Shown here one piece after another: positions 32,868 to 44,413 of a stretch of 64,000 nt of DNA. Under the pieces are notes generated by a model that saw nothing but the letters and a program-made list of their open reading frames with translations, was not told the origin of the DNA and did no database searches. Source of the stretch: Escherichia coli (lineage in GTDB: Bacteria > Pseudomonadota > Gammaproteobacteria > Enterobacterales > Enterobacteriaceae); NCBI RefSeq assembly GCF_044647545.1, contig NZ_CP172818.1, one strand, 5' to 3'. The number at the start of each line of letters is the position of its first letter. Position 1 is the first letter of the stretch. A program made the position numbers and the translations under genes.

Positions 32868-33431
32868 ATGAACCTTGACGACAAATCGCTGTTTCTTGAC
32901 GCCATGGAAGATGTCCAGCCGCTGAAACGTGCTACAGATGTCCACTGGCATCCAACGCGTAACCAACGTGCGCCGCAGCGTATCGACACGCTGCAACTTG
33001 ATAATTTCCTCACCACTGGATTTCTCGACATCATCCCGCTAACTCAGCCGCTGGAGTTTCGGCGGGAAGGGTTGCAACATGGGGTGCTGGATAAGCTGCG
33101 CAGTGGTAAATACCCGCAACAGGCGAGCCTGAATCTTTTGCGCCAGCCGGTGGAAGAGTGCCGCAAAATGGTGTTCAGTTTCATTCAACAAGCCCTGGCG
33201 GATGGTTTGCGTAATGTGCTGATTATTCATGGTAAAGGGCGGGAAGATAAATCGCATGCCAATATTGTCCGCAGCTATGTGGCGCGCTGGTTGACCGAAT
33301 TTGATGATGTCCAGGCATATTGTACCGCGCTACCGCATCATGGCGGCAGCGGGGCGTGTTACGTCGCACTACGTAAAACGGCACAGGCAAAGCAAGAAAA
33401 CTGGGAGCGCCACGCTAAGCGCAGTCGTTGA
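32868..33431 (+). CDS. smrA: Smr-domain DNA endonuclease
   Basis: 187 aa ORF with C-terminal Smr domain (LIIHGKG...). Confidence 0.8.
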   Translation: MNLDDKSLFLDAMEDVQPLKRATDVHWHPTRNQRAPQRIDTLQLDNFLTTGFLDIIPLTQPLEFRREGLQHGVLDKLRSGKYPQQASLNLLRQPVEECRKMVFSFIQQALADGLRNVLIIHGKGREDKSHANIVRSYVARWLTEFDDVQAYCTALPHHGGSGACYVALRKTAQAKQENWERHAKRSR

Positions 33432-33451
33432 TCTCGAGACGCATCCGCGGC

Positions 33452-34684
33452 TTATGCCGCCAGCACGCGGTTGCGTCCATCATTTTTCGCCCGATACAAA
33501 GCATCATCAACGCGTTTAAACAGCTCATCGATGCTTTCATTTCCTTCGTGATGCGCCACACCAATGCTGACGGTAAAGCGTGGTAAGCCCGAAATACTCA
33601 CTTTTGCCACGCTTACGCGGATAGTTTCAGCCAGCGAAAGCGCGGTATCCAGTGGGGTTCTTGGTAGCAATAAGACAAACTCTTCGCCTCCCCAACGAAA
33701 CACCAAATCGCCTTTGCGAGCGCAACTTTCGAGGGTGCGGGCGAGGGCGCATAACACCTCATCACCTTTAGAATGCCCATAGAGATCGTTAATGTGTTTA
33801 AAACGATCGGTGTCGATGAGCAATAAGCTGTAATCCTGAGCGATGGCGAGGTGCTGCATTTGGCCAGGCTCGGTAATGTGATAAAACTGTCGCCGATTCA
33901 GTAATCCGGTCATCGCGTCATGGTGGGCAGCATGTTCCAGCTGCTCCTCCAGCCGTTTTTGCTCAGTAATATCATGCACAATACATAACATGAGCTTGTC
34001 GCCATAAATTTCAATCGGCCCAGCATAGGTCTGCACATGACGAGTCGAACCATCCGCCAATTTATGAACAAAATTCAAAGGCTTATGGCCACCGGGTAAA
34101 TGCGAAATTTCATGCATGATAGGCATGACGCGTCGCCCGAGCATATTTATTTCCCAGGTATGTTTCTGGCACATCGTTTCATGGTTATAACCATAGAAAT
34201 TGAGCGCGGCGAGGTTAGCATCAACGATTTGGCCATCTCGTGAGGGGTCAATCAACAACATTGGTGCAGAGTTAGTCAGAAAAAAGCGCGCATAAAAACC
34301 TTGTTTTTTGCGCTGATAATTTGCCGAGCGACTGGCTTTTAAACCCAGCGTTGCCGGCGCTTCGATACCTTCGAAAATAATCACCGGTTCTGTTTCTGTC
34401 AGCTCTCGCAAAACAAGCCGACAGCTTAATGCTGTTTCCTCTTCTTTACGTTGAACGGTGAGGATTTCGATAATATCGTGTTGGTTTTGCAGATCGGAGA
34501 GGTATTTCGGCAGTTCTTTTTGTGAGGAGACGGAATAGGGACCGGTTCGTAGCTGACTAAACGTGAGGTCTTGCATCAACAGTCGCGCCGCGCTGTTGGC
34601 ATAAATTAACTGTTCCTCAAAGGGCGAAACGATCCAGACAGGACTGGTGAGTAAGTCCAGGGTATTGAAGTTGTGCGTAATCAT
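33452..34684 (-). CDS. dgcM: diguanylate cyclase with PAS and GGDEF domains
   Basis: ORF 33452-34744; likely start MITHNFNTL at 34684; GGEEF motif (FRWGGEEFVLLLP). Confidence 0.8.
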   Translation of the reverse strand: MITHNFNTLDLLTSPVWIVSPFEEQLIYANSAARLLMQDLTFSQLRTGPYSVSSQKELPKYLSDLQNQHDIIEILTVQRKEEETALSCRLVLRELTETEPVIIFEGIEAPATLGLKASRSANYQRKKQGFYARFFLTNSAPMLLIDPSRDGQIVDANLAALNFYGYNHETMCQKHTWEINMLGRRVMPIMHEISHLPGGHKPLNFVHKLADGSTRHVQTYAGPIEIYGDKLMLCIVHDITEQKRLEEQLEHAAHHDAMTGLLNRRQFYHITEPGQMQHLAIAQDYSLLLIDTDRFKHINDLYGHSKGDEVLCALARTLESCARKGDLVFRWGGEEFVLLLPRTPLDTALSLAETIRVSVAKVSISGLPRFTVSIGVAHHEGNESIDELFKRVDDALYRAKNDGRNRVLAA

Positions 34685-34917
34685 TGAGATCCCGTTATTT
34701 TTATCAATTTTTGTTGCTATCCGATCGCAAAAAAGCCACGTCATATGATCAGATAATTCTGATAATGATAGACGCTATTTAACACTTCACACGGTTTGTA
34801 TACGGAAAAGCATTTTGCTTTTTGTATTCAATTTAGACAGAATTTTATTAATCATTTCAGGGTAATGGGGTGATGAGATGTTGCGTAACAGGGCCAGAAG
34901 GCTAGACTACAAAATAA

Positions 34918-35922
<1,005 letters not shown>

Positions 35923-35968
35923 CAAAAGCAATTTCTCCGGGATTCTGTATACAAAAACGCCGTAAAGT

Positions 35969-35982
35969 TTGAGCGAAGTCAA
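35969..35982 (+). promoter_or_regulatory. FNR-box-like site upstream of fnrS
   Basis: ttgag-cgaa-gtcaa fits TTGAT-N4-ATCAA, centred about 42 bp upstream of the inferred FnrS 5' end. Confidence 0.5.
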
Positions 35983-36017
35983 TAAACTCCCTACCTATTC
36001 AGGGCAATATCTCTCTC

Positions 36018-36139
36018 GCAGGTGAATGCAACGTCAAGCGATGGGCGTTGCGCTCCATATTGTCTTACTTCCTTTTTTGAATTACTGCATAGCACAATTG
36101 ATTCGTACGACGCCGACTTTGATGAGTCGGCTTTTTTTT
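36018..36139 (+). ncRNA. fnrS: FNR-activated small RNA FnrS
   Basis: Sequence GCAGGTGAATGCAACGTCAAGCGATGGGCG...CGACGCCGACTTTGATGAGTCGGCTTTTTTTT matches recalled FnrS, ending in a terminator hairpin plus 8 Ts; zntB-dbpA intergenic location. Confidence 0.8.
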
Positions 36140-36196
36140 GCCTGTTATTTATCAGCGTCTACCCTTTAAGAGTCCACCCAATGACCGGAGGGAAAT

Positions 36197-36370
36197 ATGA
36201 CGACACTTATTTATTTGCAAATTCCTGTCCCTGAACCGATTCCTGGCGATCCTGTTCCAGTACCAGATCCGATCCCTCGCCCGCAACCCATGCCTGACCC
36301 ACCACCCGATGAAGAACCGATTAAATTGTCGCATCGTGAGCGTAGATCTGCGAGGATACGCGCCTGCTAA
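36197..36370 (+). CDS. hypothetical 57-aa proline-rich small protein
   Basis: ATG preceded by ggaggg Shine-Dalgarno; translation MTTLIYLQIPVPEPIPGDPVPVPDPIPRPQPMPDPPPDEEPIKLSHRERRSARIRAC; lies between fnrS and dbpA; below the 60-aa ORF-track cutoff. Confidence 0.35.
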   Translation: MTTLIYLQIPVPEPIPGDPVPVPDPIPRPQPMPDPPPDEEPIKLSHRERRSARIRAC

Positions 36371-36399
36371 CTTTGCGTCGATGACCACGAGAATAGATT

Positions 36400-37773
36400 G
36401 TGACCGCTTTTTCTACCCTGAATGTTTTGCCTCCCGCCCAACTCACGAACCTTAATGAGTTGGGTTATTTAACTATGACGCCGGTGCAGGCTGCCGCGCT
36501 TCCGGCGATCCTTGCCGGAAAAGATGTTCGCGTGCAGGCGAAAACCGGCAGCGGCAAAACGGCGGCTTTTGGCCTCGGCTTGTTACAGCAAATTGATGCG
36601 TCGCTATTTCAAACCCAGGCTTTAGTGCTGTGTCCTACGCGTGAACTGGCGGATCAGGTGGCAGGTGAATTGCGTCGGCTGGCGCGTTTTCTGCCAAATA
36701 CCAAAATTTTGACGTTGTGCGGTGGTCAACCGTTCGGTATGCAGCGTGATTCGTTGCAACATGCGCCGCATATTATCGTGGCAACGCCGGGCCGTTTGCT
36801 GGATCACTTGCAAAAAGGCACGGTATCACTGGATGCGCTGAATACTTTGGTGATGGATGAGGCCGACCGCATGCTGGATATGGGATTTAGCGATGCCATT
36901 GATGATGTCATCCGTTTTGCGCCTGCATCTCGACAGACGCTTCTGTTTTCGGCAACCTGGCCGGAAGCCATCGCCGCAATCAGCGGAAGAGTGCAGCGCG
37001 ATCCTTTAGCGATTGAAATTGACTCAACAGATGCTCTGCCACCTATTGAACAACAATTTTATGAGACATCCAGCAAAGGCAAAATTCCGTTGTTGCAACG
37101 GTTATTAAGTTTGCATCAGCCATCCTCTTGCGTGGTGTTTTGCAATACCAAAAAAGATTGCCAGGCTGTCTGCGACGCGCTGAATGAAGTAGAGCAAAGT
37201 GCATTGTCGTTACACGGCGATCTGGAGCAACGTGATCGCGATCAGACCCTGGTACGTTTTGCTAACGGTAGCGCCCGTGTACTGGTTGCGACTGATGTTG
37301 CTGCGCGTGGTCTGGATATTAAATCGCTTGAGCTGGTGGTGAACTTTGAGCTGGCGTGGGACCCTGAAGTTCATGTACATCGCATCGGCCGTACAGCGCG
37401 TGCAGGAAATAGCGGTCTGGCGATCAGTTTCTGTGCCCCGGAAGAAGCACAGCGGGCCAATATCATTTCTGACATGTTGCAGATAAAACTTAACTGGCAA
37501 ACGCCGCCAGTTAATAGTTCCATTGTGCCGCTGGAAGCAGAAATGGCAACGTTATGTATCGATGGCGGGAAAAAAGCCAAAATGCGCCCGGGTGATGTAT
37601 TAGGTGCGCTGACAGGAGACATCGGGCTTGATGGCGCAGATATTGGCAAAATCGCCGTGCATCCGGCGCATGTCTATGTCGCGGTGCGTCAGGCTGTTGC
37701 TCATAAAGCATGGAAACAGTTACAGGGCGGGAAGATTAAAGGAAAAACGTGCCGGGTGCGGTTATTAAAATAA
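36400..37773 (+). CDS. dbpA: ATP-dependent RNA helicase DbpA (DEAD-box)
   Basis: 457 aa ORF starting at GTG; DEAD-box motifs (AKTGSGKT, DEAD, SAT, HRIGRTARAG). Confidence 0.9.
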   Translation: MTAFSTLNVLPPAQLTNLNELGYLTMTPVQAAALPAILAGKDVRVQAKTGSGKTAAFGLGLLQQIDASLFQTQALVLCPTRELADQVAGELRRLARFLPNTKILTLCGGQPFGMQRDSLQHAPHIIVATPGRLLDHLQKGTVSLDALNTLVMDEADRMLDMGFSDAIDDVIRFAPASRQTLLFSATWPEAIAAISGRVQRDPLAIEIDSTDALPPIEQQFYETSSKGKIPLLQRLLSLHQPSSCVVFCNTKKDCQAVCDALNEVEQSALSLHGDLEQRDRDQTLVRFANGSARVLVATDVAARGLDIKSLELVVNFELAWDPEVHVHRIGRTARAGNSGLAISFCAPEEAQRANIISDMLQIKLNWQTPPVNSSIVPLEAEMATLCIDGGKKAKMRPGDVLGALTGDIGLDGADIGKIAVHPAHVYVAVRQAVAHKAWKQLQGGKIKGKTCRVRLLK

Positions 37774-37785
37774 TGAAATGTTGAA

Positions 37786-37896
37786 TTGCCGGGTGCAAGA
37801 GTAAACATCTTATTCGGGATTGCCGGATGCGACGCTGGCCGCGTCTTCTCCGGCCTCCATAAGAGTAGCCCGATAAGCTTGCGCATCGGGCGCTAT
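37786..37896. repeat. REP/BIME-like palindromic elements between dbpA and ttcA
   Basis: tgccggatgcgacgctggccgcgtcttctccggcctcc and gcccgataagcttgcgcatcgggcgctatccggg, REP-like GC-rich imperfect palindromes between convergent genes. Confidence 0.45.
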
Positions 37897-37901
37897 CCGG
37901 G

Positions 37902-38837
37902 TTATTTCACTTCAACCACATTCAGTCGTAACTCATCCAACTGATTTTCATCTTCTTCAGGCTGCCAACCCGCCGGTTGTAGAGGGATCTCTTCGCGATC
38001 AAACGCCAGATCACCCCCGTTAACCACTTCAGAACCGTGGGTAATGCCTTTGAAATCGAACAGGTTGGTATCGCACAGATGCGACGGCACCACATTCTGC
38101 ATCGCGCTGAACATCGTCTCGATACGCCCCGGATAACGTTTATCCCAGTCACGCAACATGTCAGCAATCACCTGACGTTGCAGGTTAGGCTGTGAACCGC
38201 ACAGGTTGCACGGAATAATCGGGAACGCTTTTGCATCGGCAAAGCGCTGAATATCTTTCTCGCGGCAGTAGGCCAGCGGACGAATAACGATATGTTTGCC
38301 ATCATCGCTCATCAGTTTCGGAGGCATACCTTTCATCTTGCCGCCGTAGAACATATTTAAGAACAACGTTTGCAGGATATCGTCACGATGGTGACCCAGC
38401 GCGATCTTCGTCGCTCCCAGTTCCGTTGCGGTACGGTAAAGAATTCCGCGACGAAGACGAGAACACAGTGAGCAAGTGGTTTTGCCCTCCGGAATCTTCT
38501 CTTTCACGATACCGTAAGTGTTCTCTTCCACAATCTTGTACTCAACGCCCAGTTTTTCAAGATACTCGGGCAGAACGTGTTCCGGGAAGCCCGGTTGTTT
38601 TTGATCGAGGTTGACAGCCACCAGCGAAAAATTGATTGGCGCGCTTTGCTGCAAATTGCGCAGAATCTCCAGCATGGTATAGCTGTCTTTACCCCCTGAG
38701 AGGCAAACCATGATGCGATCGCCTTCTTCAATCATATTGAAGTCAGCAATGGCTTCGCCCACATTACGACGCAGACGTTTTTGTAATTTGTTCAGGTTGT
38801 ATTGTTCTTTCTTACTAATTTCTTGATTTTCTTGCAT
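37902..38837 (-). CDS. ttcA: tRNA 2-thiocytidine synthase TtcA
   Basis: 311 aa ORF with PP-loop SGGKDS motif and paired CxxC motifs; its 5' end overlaps the prophage attachment repeat. Confidence 0.85.
   Translation of the reverse strand: MQENQEISKKEQYNLNKLQKRLRRNVGEAIADFNMIEEGDRIMVCLSGGKDSYTMLEILRNLQQSAPINFSLVAVNLDQKQPGFPEHVLPEYLEKLGVEYKIVEENTYGIVKEKIPEGKTTCSLCSRLRRGILYRTATELGATKIALGHHRDDILQTLFLNMFYGGKMKGMPPKLMSDDGKHIVIRPLAYCREKDIQRFADAKAFPIIPCNLCGSQPNLQRQVIADMLRDWDKRYPGRIETMFSAMQNVVPSHLCDTNLFDFKGITHGSEVVNGGDLAFDREEIPLQPAGWQPEEDENQLDELRLNVVEVK
38788..38830. repeat. prophage attachment-site direct repeat (attL copy)
   Basis: ttgttcaggttgtattgttctttcttactaatttcttgatttt, identical to 61887-61929. 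Confidence 0.75.
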
Positions 38838-38888
38838 TATTTCAGTTCTCTGGTACTAAATGGGGCAAATTGGGGGCAAACTTTGCAA

Positions 38889-40119
38889 CTACGATAACCG
38901 CGCATTCAACATGGCTATCTGTTCGTCGTTCATGTCATCAATCCACATACCGTAAATTTCATACACCATCTGCGCAGTTTCATGCCCCATTTGGCTGGCT
39001 ATAAATGCCGGGTTCGCTCCTGCCGTCAACAGCCAGCAGGCAAAAGTATGCCGCGTATGGTACGGATTACGGCGGCGAATACCAGCACGTTTTACTGCTG
39101 CATTCCACCTTGCCCCCAAACTGCTTACCGAGTAATAAGGTTTTTGTTTTCCGTTACACACCCTGGGCATGAAAACAAAATGCAGTTTTTGCTTTTCGGT
39201 TCTGCATACTGCCGATAATAAAAGGTGACGACTTTTGCGATGATGCCCGGTCAGTTTGTATTGCTCCTTCAGTGCTTCAAGAGCAGGCTGCAGTAGTGTT
39301 ACTGTTCGGATCCCGGCATTTGTTTTTGGGGGACCGAACATATCGAGCCCTCGTCAGGTTTCTTCTGACATTCACTATTCCCTTTTCGAGATCCACATCC
39401 TCCCACGCCAGAGCTGCCAGTTCCCCGTGACGAAGTCCTGAGTAAACGGCAAAGTTCCACAAGTTCTCGCTATCTCCTTTTTCACTTTCCATTAATGCAT
39501 TGAATTCTGTTTTAGATAACGGATCAGGCTTTATTCTGTTCGCTGTAATTTTTTTACTCCTTCAAATGGTTTGGTTGATATAAATCCGACTGATACGCAA
39601 AACGCAACAGCGAACAGAGCAAGGCAATATCGTATCAACTGTGCGCACGGTTCTTCCTTTTTTGTTGGATCTTGGATTATCCAGGTAAAGCGTTTCTCCA
39701 TGCAGCAGTTCATTCCGGTAGTTTAAGATATCGCTATAACGAATATGTGATATCGGGGTACTTTCACAAATTATTATTCTGAGTGTTTTTAATTGTGATT
39801 TCGTTTTCTTCATTGTGTTTGTTGTTAACTCTGTCTCTTTAATTTTTGTCCAGATATCACAAAGCTCTCCGAACGTTTTTATGACTCTCGTTGTCACCAT
39901 TTTTGCCCCAGTGCTGGACTGGGGAAAACGTCTTAAATACTCAAATTCACCGGAGTTTATTTCATGAACTATCAGCGCTCTTAAATTTCCGGCCTTTTTA
40001 ATATTACTGTTTGTAATCTCCCAGCCTTTTAATGTTTCCCGACATCGTTTTCCTCGAAACATGAACCAGATGCGAATGTATCTACCTCTAATCTCGACAC
40101 CTGTTGGTAATTTAGACAT
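38889..40119 (-). pseudogene. intR: prophage tyrosine integrase, reading frame broken by at least two frameshifts
   Basis: Three consecutive minus-strand ORF fragments (39562-40119, 39277-39492, 38889-39341) together resemble one tyrosine recombinase (MSKLPTGVEIRGRYIRIWF...; ...LRHGELAALAWEDVD...; ...RHTFACWLLTAGANPAFIASQMGH...EIYGMW). Confidence 0.75.
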
Positions 40120-40120
40120 A

Positions 40121-40336
40121 TCATGAGTCTTTGATAAACTGATTTATCTTTGGATAGTTGTACCAGATAATCCCTCGTTTGCTGTCTGGCTTACCTAAAG
40201 GAGATACTCGTTTGAAGTGGAAGCCCTCCACCCAACAGTTCTGGCGGTATGCTTCAATTTGTCTGGCCCCCAGACCAGTGCGAAGCATCAGGCCGTATTC
40301 AACCATCCACTCTTCATTAAAGATTACTTGTGCCAT
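40121..40336 (-). CDS. xisR: excisionase-like protein
   Basis: ORF 40121-40360; likely 71-aa product from [15 protein letters not shown]...; immediately upstream of the integrase as in lambdoid int-xis modules. Confidence 0.7.
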   Translation of the reverse strand: MAQVIFNEEWMVEYGLMLRTGLGARQIEAYRQNCWVEGFHFKRVSPLGKPDSKRGIIWYNYPKINQFIKDS

Positions 40337-40414
40337 CGCATCACCTCTGGCAGGCGCCAATGTTAGACTGAAATTGACGCCCGATGTTGATTATTAATAA
40401 TCAGCTATGAAGTT

Positions 40415-40696
40415 TTAATTTGAATACAATGCAATTCTCGAGGACTGAAGTTTCTCGCAATTAAAATTTATCAGTTTTACTTTCTGCTCTCTGGAAACGC
40501 CTGCTTCTTTTTTACCTGAGAGCATTTTTTCGCATTCTGATTTCGTTAGTTTAGATTTTGAATATCTTGTCCAGTTAGTAGGAGTGCCACCTTCCTTTTC
40601 AATAGTGGCGGTAATTTTATACATGAACACCTCCATTATTATTTCCAGTGGTTCGTTTATTCCATCTTTCGAGTGCTTCTTTTTCACTTCCACCAT
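40415..40696 (-). CDS. ydaC: prophage protein of unknown function (alternative internal starts give a 69-73 aa product)
   Basis: 93 aa maximal ORF; internal Met candidates (MEVFMYKITATIEKEGG...); overlaps the 3' end of ralR. Confidence 0.6.
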   Translation of the reverse strand: MVEVKKKHSKDGINEPLEIIMEVFMYKITATIEKEGGTPTNWTRYSKSKLTKSECEKMLSGKKEAGVSREQKVKLINFNCEKLQSSRIALYSN

Positions 40697-40811
40697 AACC
40701 GGTTCGGGATTCGCATCCGTTACACTTCGCTCGGTAATATCCTGAAATGGCTTTCACCGTTACTGATGGACAACCACAAAATGGACATGGTTTAACATTG
40801 TCATATCTCAT
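40617..40811 (-). CDS. ralR: restriction alleviation protein RalR (Lar-like), toxin of a type I toxin-antitoxin pair
   Basis: ORF 40617-40850; likely 64-aa product MRYDNVKPCPFCGCPSVTVKAISGYYRAKCNGCESRTGYGG... with Cys4 zinc-ribbon pattern. Confidence 0.7.
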   Translation of the reverse strand: MRYDNVKPCPFCGCPSVTVKAISGYYRAKCNGCESRTGYGGSEKEALERWNKRTTGNNNGGVHV

Positions 40812-40867
40812 AATTTTTCTCATAAAAAATATTTCAAGTTGGCGGTGCATTACACCGCCAGGCTGAA

Positions 40868-41677
40868 TTATTCCTCTGAATTATCGATTACACTGTATTC
40901 CCCGGTTAATACAGAGGAATCTGCAGGATCGATTGTCAGTGGTTCCTTTTCATCCATTGATACTGCACGCTGGATCTCAATTGATACGGGCAAATATTTG
41001 AACAGGCGACGAATAGCCGTTTTCTTTGCCATTTCTTCCCAGTGAGTTACCCACGGCCCGTTATTACCAGCTTTACTCAGGCTGCGCACCAGCTCAATCT
41101 GTTTGCGCGTCATAACTTCAAACTGAGTACCTCCGTCTTTCAGTCTTGCGACAGCATAGACGTGGGTAACCGGGGCATCTTCGTTTTCTCCCGGGCGGTG
41201 TATTAACTTTTCATCAAGGCCAAATTCGAAGCTAAACTCGTCACCTTCACGGACAACACGGGCTGACAGGCTGGCGATTTGACCAGAACGGCGAGCCAGA
41301 TCAATCATGCCGCGATAGCCAATGATTAGCTGAACGTTCTTTTTACCGCTCTTTTCGTTTTTATTACCAAAAGGCAGTAAATATGCATGACCGAGGGCGC
41401 TACCTGGCTCAAGTCCGAGCTGTGAACACTGTACGATCGCACTGACAAAACTCATAGTGTCACAGTTTCCTAACGCCGGAACTTTACGAATTTCTGTGGT
41501 GGCGATACGGATCATACGTTCAGCCGTCATATGGCGTGGAAGAGCTGCTGCCAGTTGCTCTTTCATTGATGGCTGGTTAATAAAACTAATCACGTCGCTA
41601 TTTTTAACTGCTGCTGGTGCACGGTTTCCCTGAGTTTTTTGCAGATCGGCTTTTGCGATTGGTGGTTGCTTAGTCAT
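40868..41677 (-). CDS. recT: single-strand annealing recombinase RecT
   Basis: ORF 40868-41734; likely start [16 protein letters not shown] at 41677; matches recalled RecT. Confidence 0.9.
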   Translation of the reverse strand: MTKQPPIAKADLQKTQGNRAPAAVKNSDVISFINQPSMKEQLAAALPRHMTAERMIRIATTEIRKVPALGNCDTMSFVSAIVQCSQLGLEPGSALGHAYLLPFGNKNEKSGKKNVQLIIGYRGMIDLARRSGQIASLSARVVREGDEFSFEFGLDEKLIHRPGENEDAPVTHVYAVARLKDGGTQFEVMTRKQIELVRSLSKAGNNGPWVTHWEEMAKKTAIRRLFKYLPVSIEIQRAVSMDEKEPLTIDPADSSVLTGEYSVIDNSEE

Positions 41678-44312
41678 TTGCATATTCCTTAGCCCAGCGG
41701 GGCAGTGATAATGTCTTAATAGCTGGCCATTCATCGGTATTCAGGCAGTCAGACAGGGTTCGCAGATTGCGGTGATATTCCTGTTGACCTGCCAGTTTTG
41801 CTTCTTCGCCCATCATGAAAATTTCAACCGGATAACGTCCGCATTCAATAGTTGTGCTGGCAACCAGAAAAACGAAAGTTGGCTGCACTCCAAACTGTGC
41901 TTCATAACCGTCACTGTAGAATGCATCCTGAACGTGATAGCGGTAGTCGTAATAAGCGGTTTTGAATCGTTGAATATCCGCCGTAGTTTTCACGTCCATG
42001 ATCCAGTGAAATTCAGGGATAATTTTGTCCGGACGGCACCGACACAAAATTCCTGTTTCAGGATCTTCCCAGTAAATTGATGATTCAGCGTGTCCGGCGC
42101 TTTCAACAAGCCATTGCCCCAGCGGCAAAGCCATAACGCTTTGATACATGAGTTCAATTTTCCGGCCTTCTTCCGCAGTGATAACCGTTTTTCCTGTGCT
42201 TGCGCATTCCATCAGAAACGCTTTCTCTTCTTCTTTTCCGGCGTTTGTACGGCGGTTAAATTCAGGTGCTACGATAAAGCGGTTACTGAATTCTTCCGGT
42301 TCAAGTACCCGGCAGTGGAAAGCAGTTCCTAAATCGAGCGTTTTTGTCTTTGTGGTGTCCACGGGGGCATTTTTACGCCACAAATATAGTGCCGGAGTAT
42401 CAGCAATGTCATCGAGCTGAGACTTACTGATACCGGGACCCGCGTGGTAATTCTCATTCGAAATTCCGTAATAAATACCTGGCTCTATGTCTTCTACGAT
42501 TAAGGGATCTGACGCCTCGCCAGTTTCACTATCGCTGGCATGATGCTGATTGCTGCCAGTGTTCTCCTTGTGCTGATGCGCAGTGCCTTCCATTTCCTCC
42601 AGATCATTTTTCTGAACTTCAGGCTGATTCTCTCCATCGAATATTTCCTGGTATGTTGCGTCACCCATCACCGCACCACAATCAGGGCAGTTGCCGCCAC
42701 CGCTCTGACCGCAGGCGGTGCAGATCTTTTCCGGTTCCTGTTGCACTACTGGTTCAGGTTGTTTCGTTTCTGGCTCGTTTTGTTGCGTATTTGGGCTGTT
42801 TTGTTCCGCTTTCTGGTCGTTCTGTTCCGTTTCTTGCTGGTTCTGGTTCACAGAATCGCGGGTCTGGATCCCCTTAATCCATTTCGGATCATTCGGGTCG
42901 CTAATCCCTTCAACAAATTCACCACGTGATACTGCAAGCAGTTCATCGTCATCGACAGGATTTTTTGATGGAATGTTTTTCCGGGCTTCATGGAGTTCTG
43001 CCCGCAGTTCCTGATATTTCGCATCAACAGAATTTACCTGTGACTGAGCATCCAGCGGCTGCGTGTCCTGATGATGTTCAGTTGCGTCCGGTTCCATTGT
43101 TTCAGCCTCTCCCTGTTCAACTGCCGTTGTTCCAGATGGTTGCGGTTTTTCTTCATCATCCTGTTTTCCTTCTTCTGTTACTCGCTGCGGCATCGGGGCA
43201 GAGGAGCGACCGCAGGCAATATCCACGATTTCCGGATCAGGGTTGGCATGATCGGTTTCAGTCAGTACTTTGTTCAGATATTCAGTGACGTGCGCGGGGA
43301 TGACCTCGATCCCAATTGGTGCTTCTTTTACGGACGCAACCACGATGGCGCGGGAATAATCCAGCCCGCCAGGCATGGTGATGAATTTGTCGCGGAAAAC
43401 AGAAAAGGGCGGTTTATTTTCAGCGATAATTTCCTCAATGCGTTTAGCGTGTGCCGGATGAAGGTTATAGATGTCCAGATCCATTGAACGGGCCAGTACG
43501 CCAGTGGCTACGTCGCGCGCCAGTGACGTCAGATCGTGTACGAAACCTTCGCCGCGATCGGTGAGGTTTCCGCCGCCAGCATTAGCACCGGAAGCCGTGC
43601 GAGTGATGTGTGAAACACGATTACCCTTCATCCACTCTTTTGTCAGCAGTCCTCGATCGGTGTAGTCAGCGTTCAGGTATGCTTCGAAAAAAGCAGTTAT
43701 CAGTCCCAGGTTTGAATTACCAGGATTAGGGAAAACTTTGTCAGTGTCACGAACCAGTTTGTGGAGTTCGCGAATTTCCAGCGGGTCGAGCAGGCTGGTT
43801 TTGTGGGAAACAGCCAGGGCAGTAACAGCCGGTAGTTCTTCAGCCCGAGCAATGTGTAATGCCTGGAGTCCGTCGCGTGAAACGTGCGTTACCGGTTTTT
43901 CGCTGCCGTGTTGAGCAAGCCAACGAATGGGCAGTTCCTGGCCAGAAATTGGGAGTAGCATATTCTCCTCAATCTCAGTCATGTCTTCGCCGTTGACGTT
44001 GGTATTGCCTTGATAGTGAGCGTTGTCTGGTGCTGCTCCCGGTTTTAGTTCCCATGTCATGGAGTCTTTGCTGAGTTGATAGCGTTCACTCCAGGTAAAA
44101 TCGATCTCACCTTCAGCGGGCAGGTCATTAACGACAGGAAAATTCGTGGCAACAGCTTTAAAATAGCTGCTCAGTTTTTTACCTGACTTAACGATCAGGT
44201 AGTCCAGAGTGGCACAGGTCGATTCAAAATCGTTGCTTGCCCACAGGACGACGTCAGGTTCACCGGATGATTTTTTCGCTTTCCGTAACAGGAAGAGTGG
44301 TTTTGTGCTCAT
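41670..44312 (-). CDS. recE: exonuclease VIII (RecE)
   Basis: 880 aa ORF beginning [24 protein letters not shown]; Q/E/P-rich central linker; overlaps recT start by 8 nt. Confidence 0.9.
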   Translation of the reverse strand: MSTKPLFLLRKAKKSSGEPDVVLWASNDFESTCATLDYLIVKSGKKLSSYFKAVATNFPVVNDLPAEGEIDFTWSERYQLSKDSMTWELKPGAAPDNAHYQGNTNVNGEDMTEIEENMLLPISGQELPIRWLAQHGSEKPVTHVSRDGLQALHIARAEELPAVTALAVSHKTSLLDPLEIRELHKLVRDTDKVFPNPGNSNLGLITAFFEAYLNADYTDRGLLTKEWMKGNRVSHITRTASGANAGGGNLTDRGEGFVHDLTSLARDVATGVLARSMDLDIYNLHPAHAKRIEEIIAENKPPFSVFRDKFITMPGGLDYSRAIVVASVKEAPIGIEVIPAHVTEYLNKVLTETDHANPDPEIVDIACGRSSAPMPQRVTEEGKQDDEEKPQPSGTTAVEQGEAETMEPDATEHHQDTQPLDAQSQVNSVDAKYQELRAELHEARKNIPSKNPVDDDELLAVSRGEFVEGISDPNDPKWIKGIQTRDSVNQNQQETEQNDQKAEQNSPNTQQNEPETKQPEPVVQQEPEKICTACGQSGGGNCPDCGAVMGDATYQEIFDGENQPEVQKNDLEEMEGTAHQHKENTGSNQHHASDSETGEASDPLIVEDIEPGIYYGISNENYHAGPGISKSQLDDIADTPALYLWRKNAPVDTTKTKTLDLGTAFHCRVLEPEEFSNRFIVAPEFNRRTNAGKEEEKAFLMECASTGKTVITAEEGRKIELMYQSVMALPLGQWLVESAGHAESSIYWEDPETGILCRCRPDKIIPEFHWIMDVKTTADIQRFKTAYYDYRYHVQDAFYSDGYEAQFGVQPTFVFLVASTTIECGRYPVEIFMMGEEAKLAGQQEYHRNLRTLSDCLNTDEWPAIKTLSLPRWAKEYAND

Positions 44313-44413
44313 TGTTTTTTAACCTCAACTCAGATTAAAATTCGTTTTGTTCAGTGAATGATCTTGCCGGATACACACTGTTCATAGCCTGCGCCATACG
44401 CAGGCTATTTCTT

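Noticed and set aside
42540-43665. Several 64-138 aa plus-strand ORFs within recE
   Set aside because: Antisense to the RecE linker region; low-complexity translations; no independent evidence of coding
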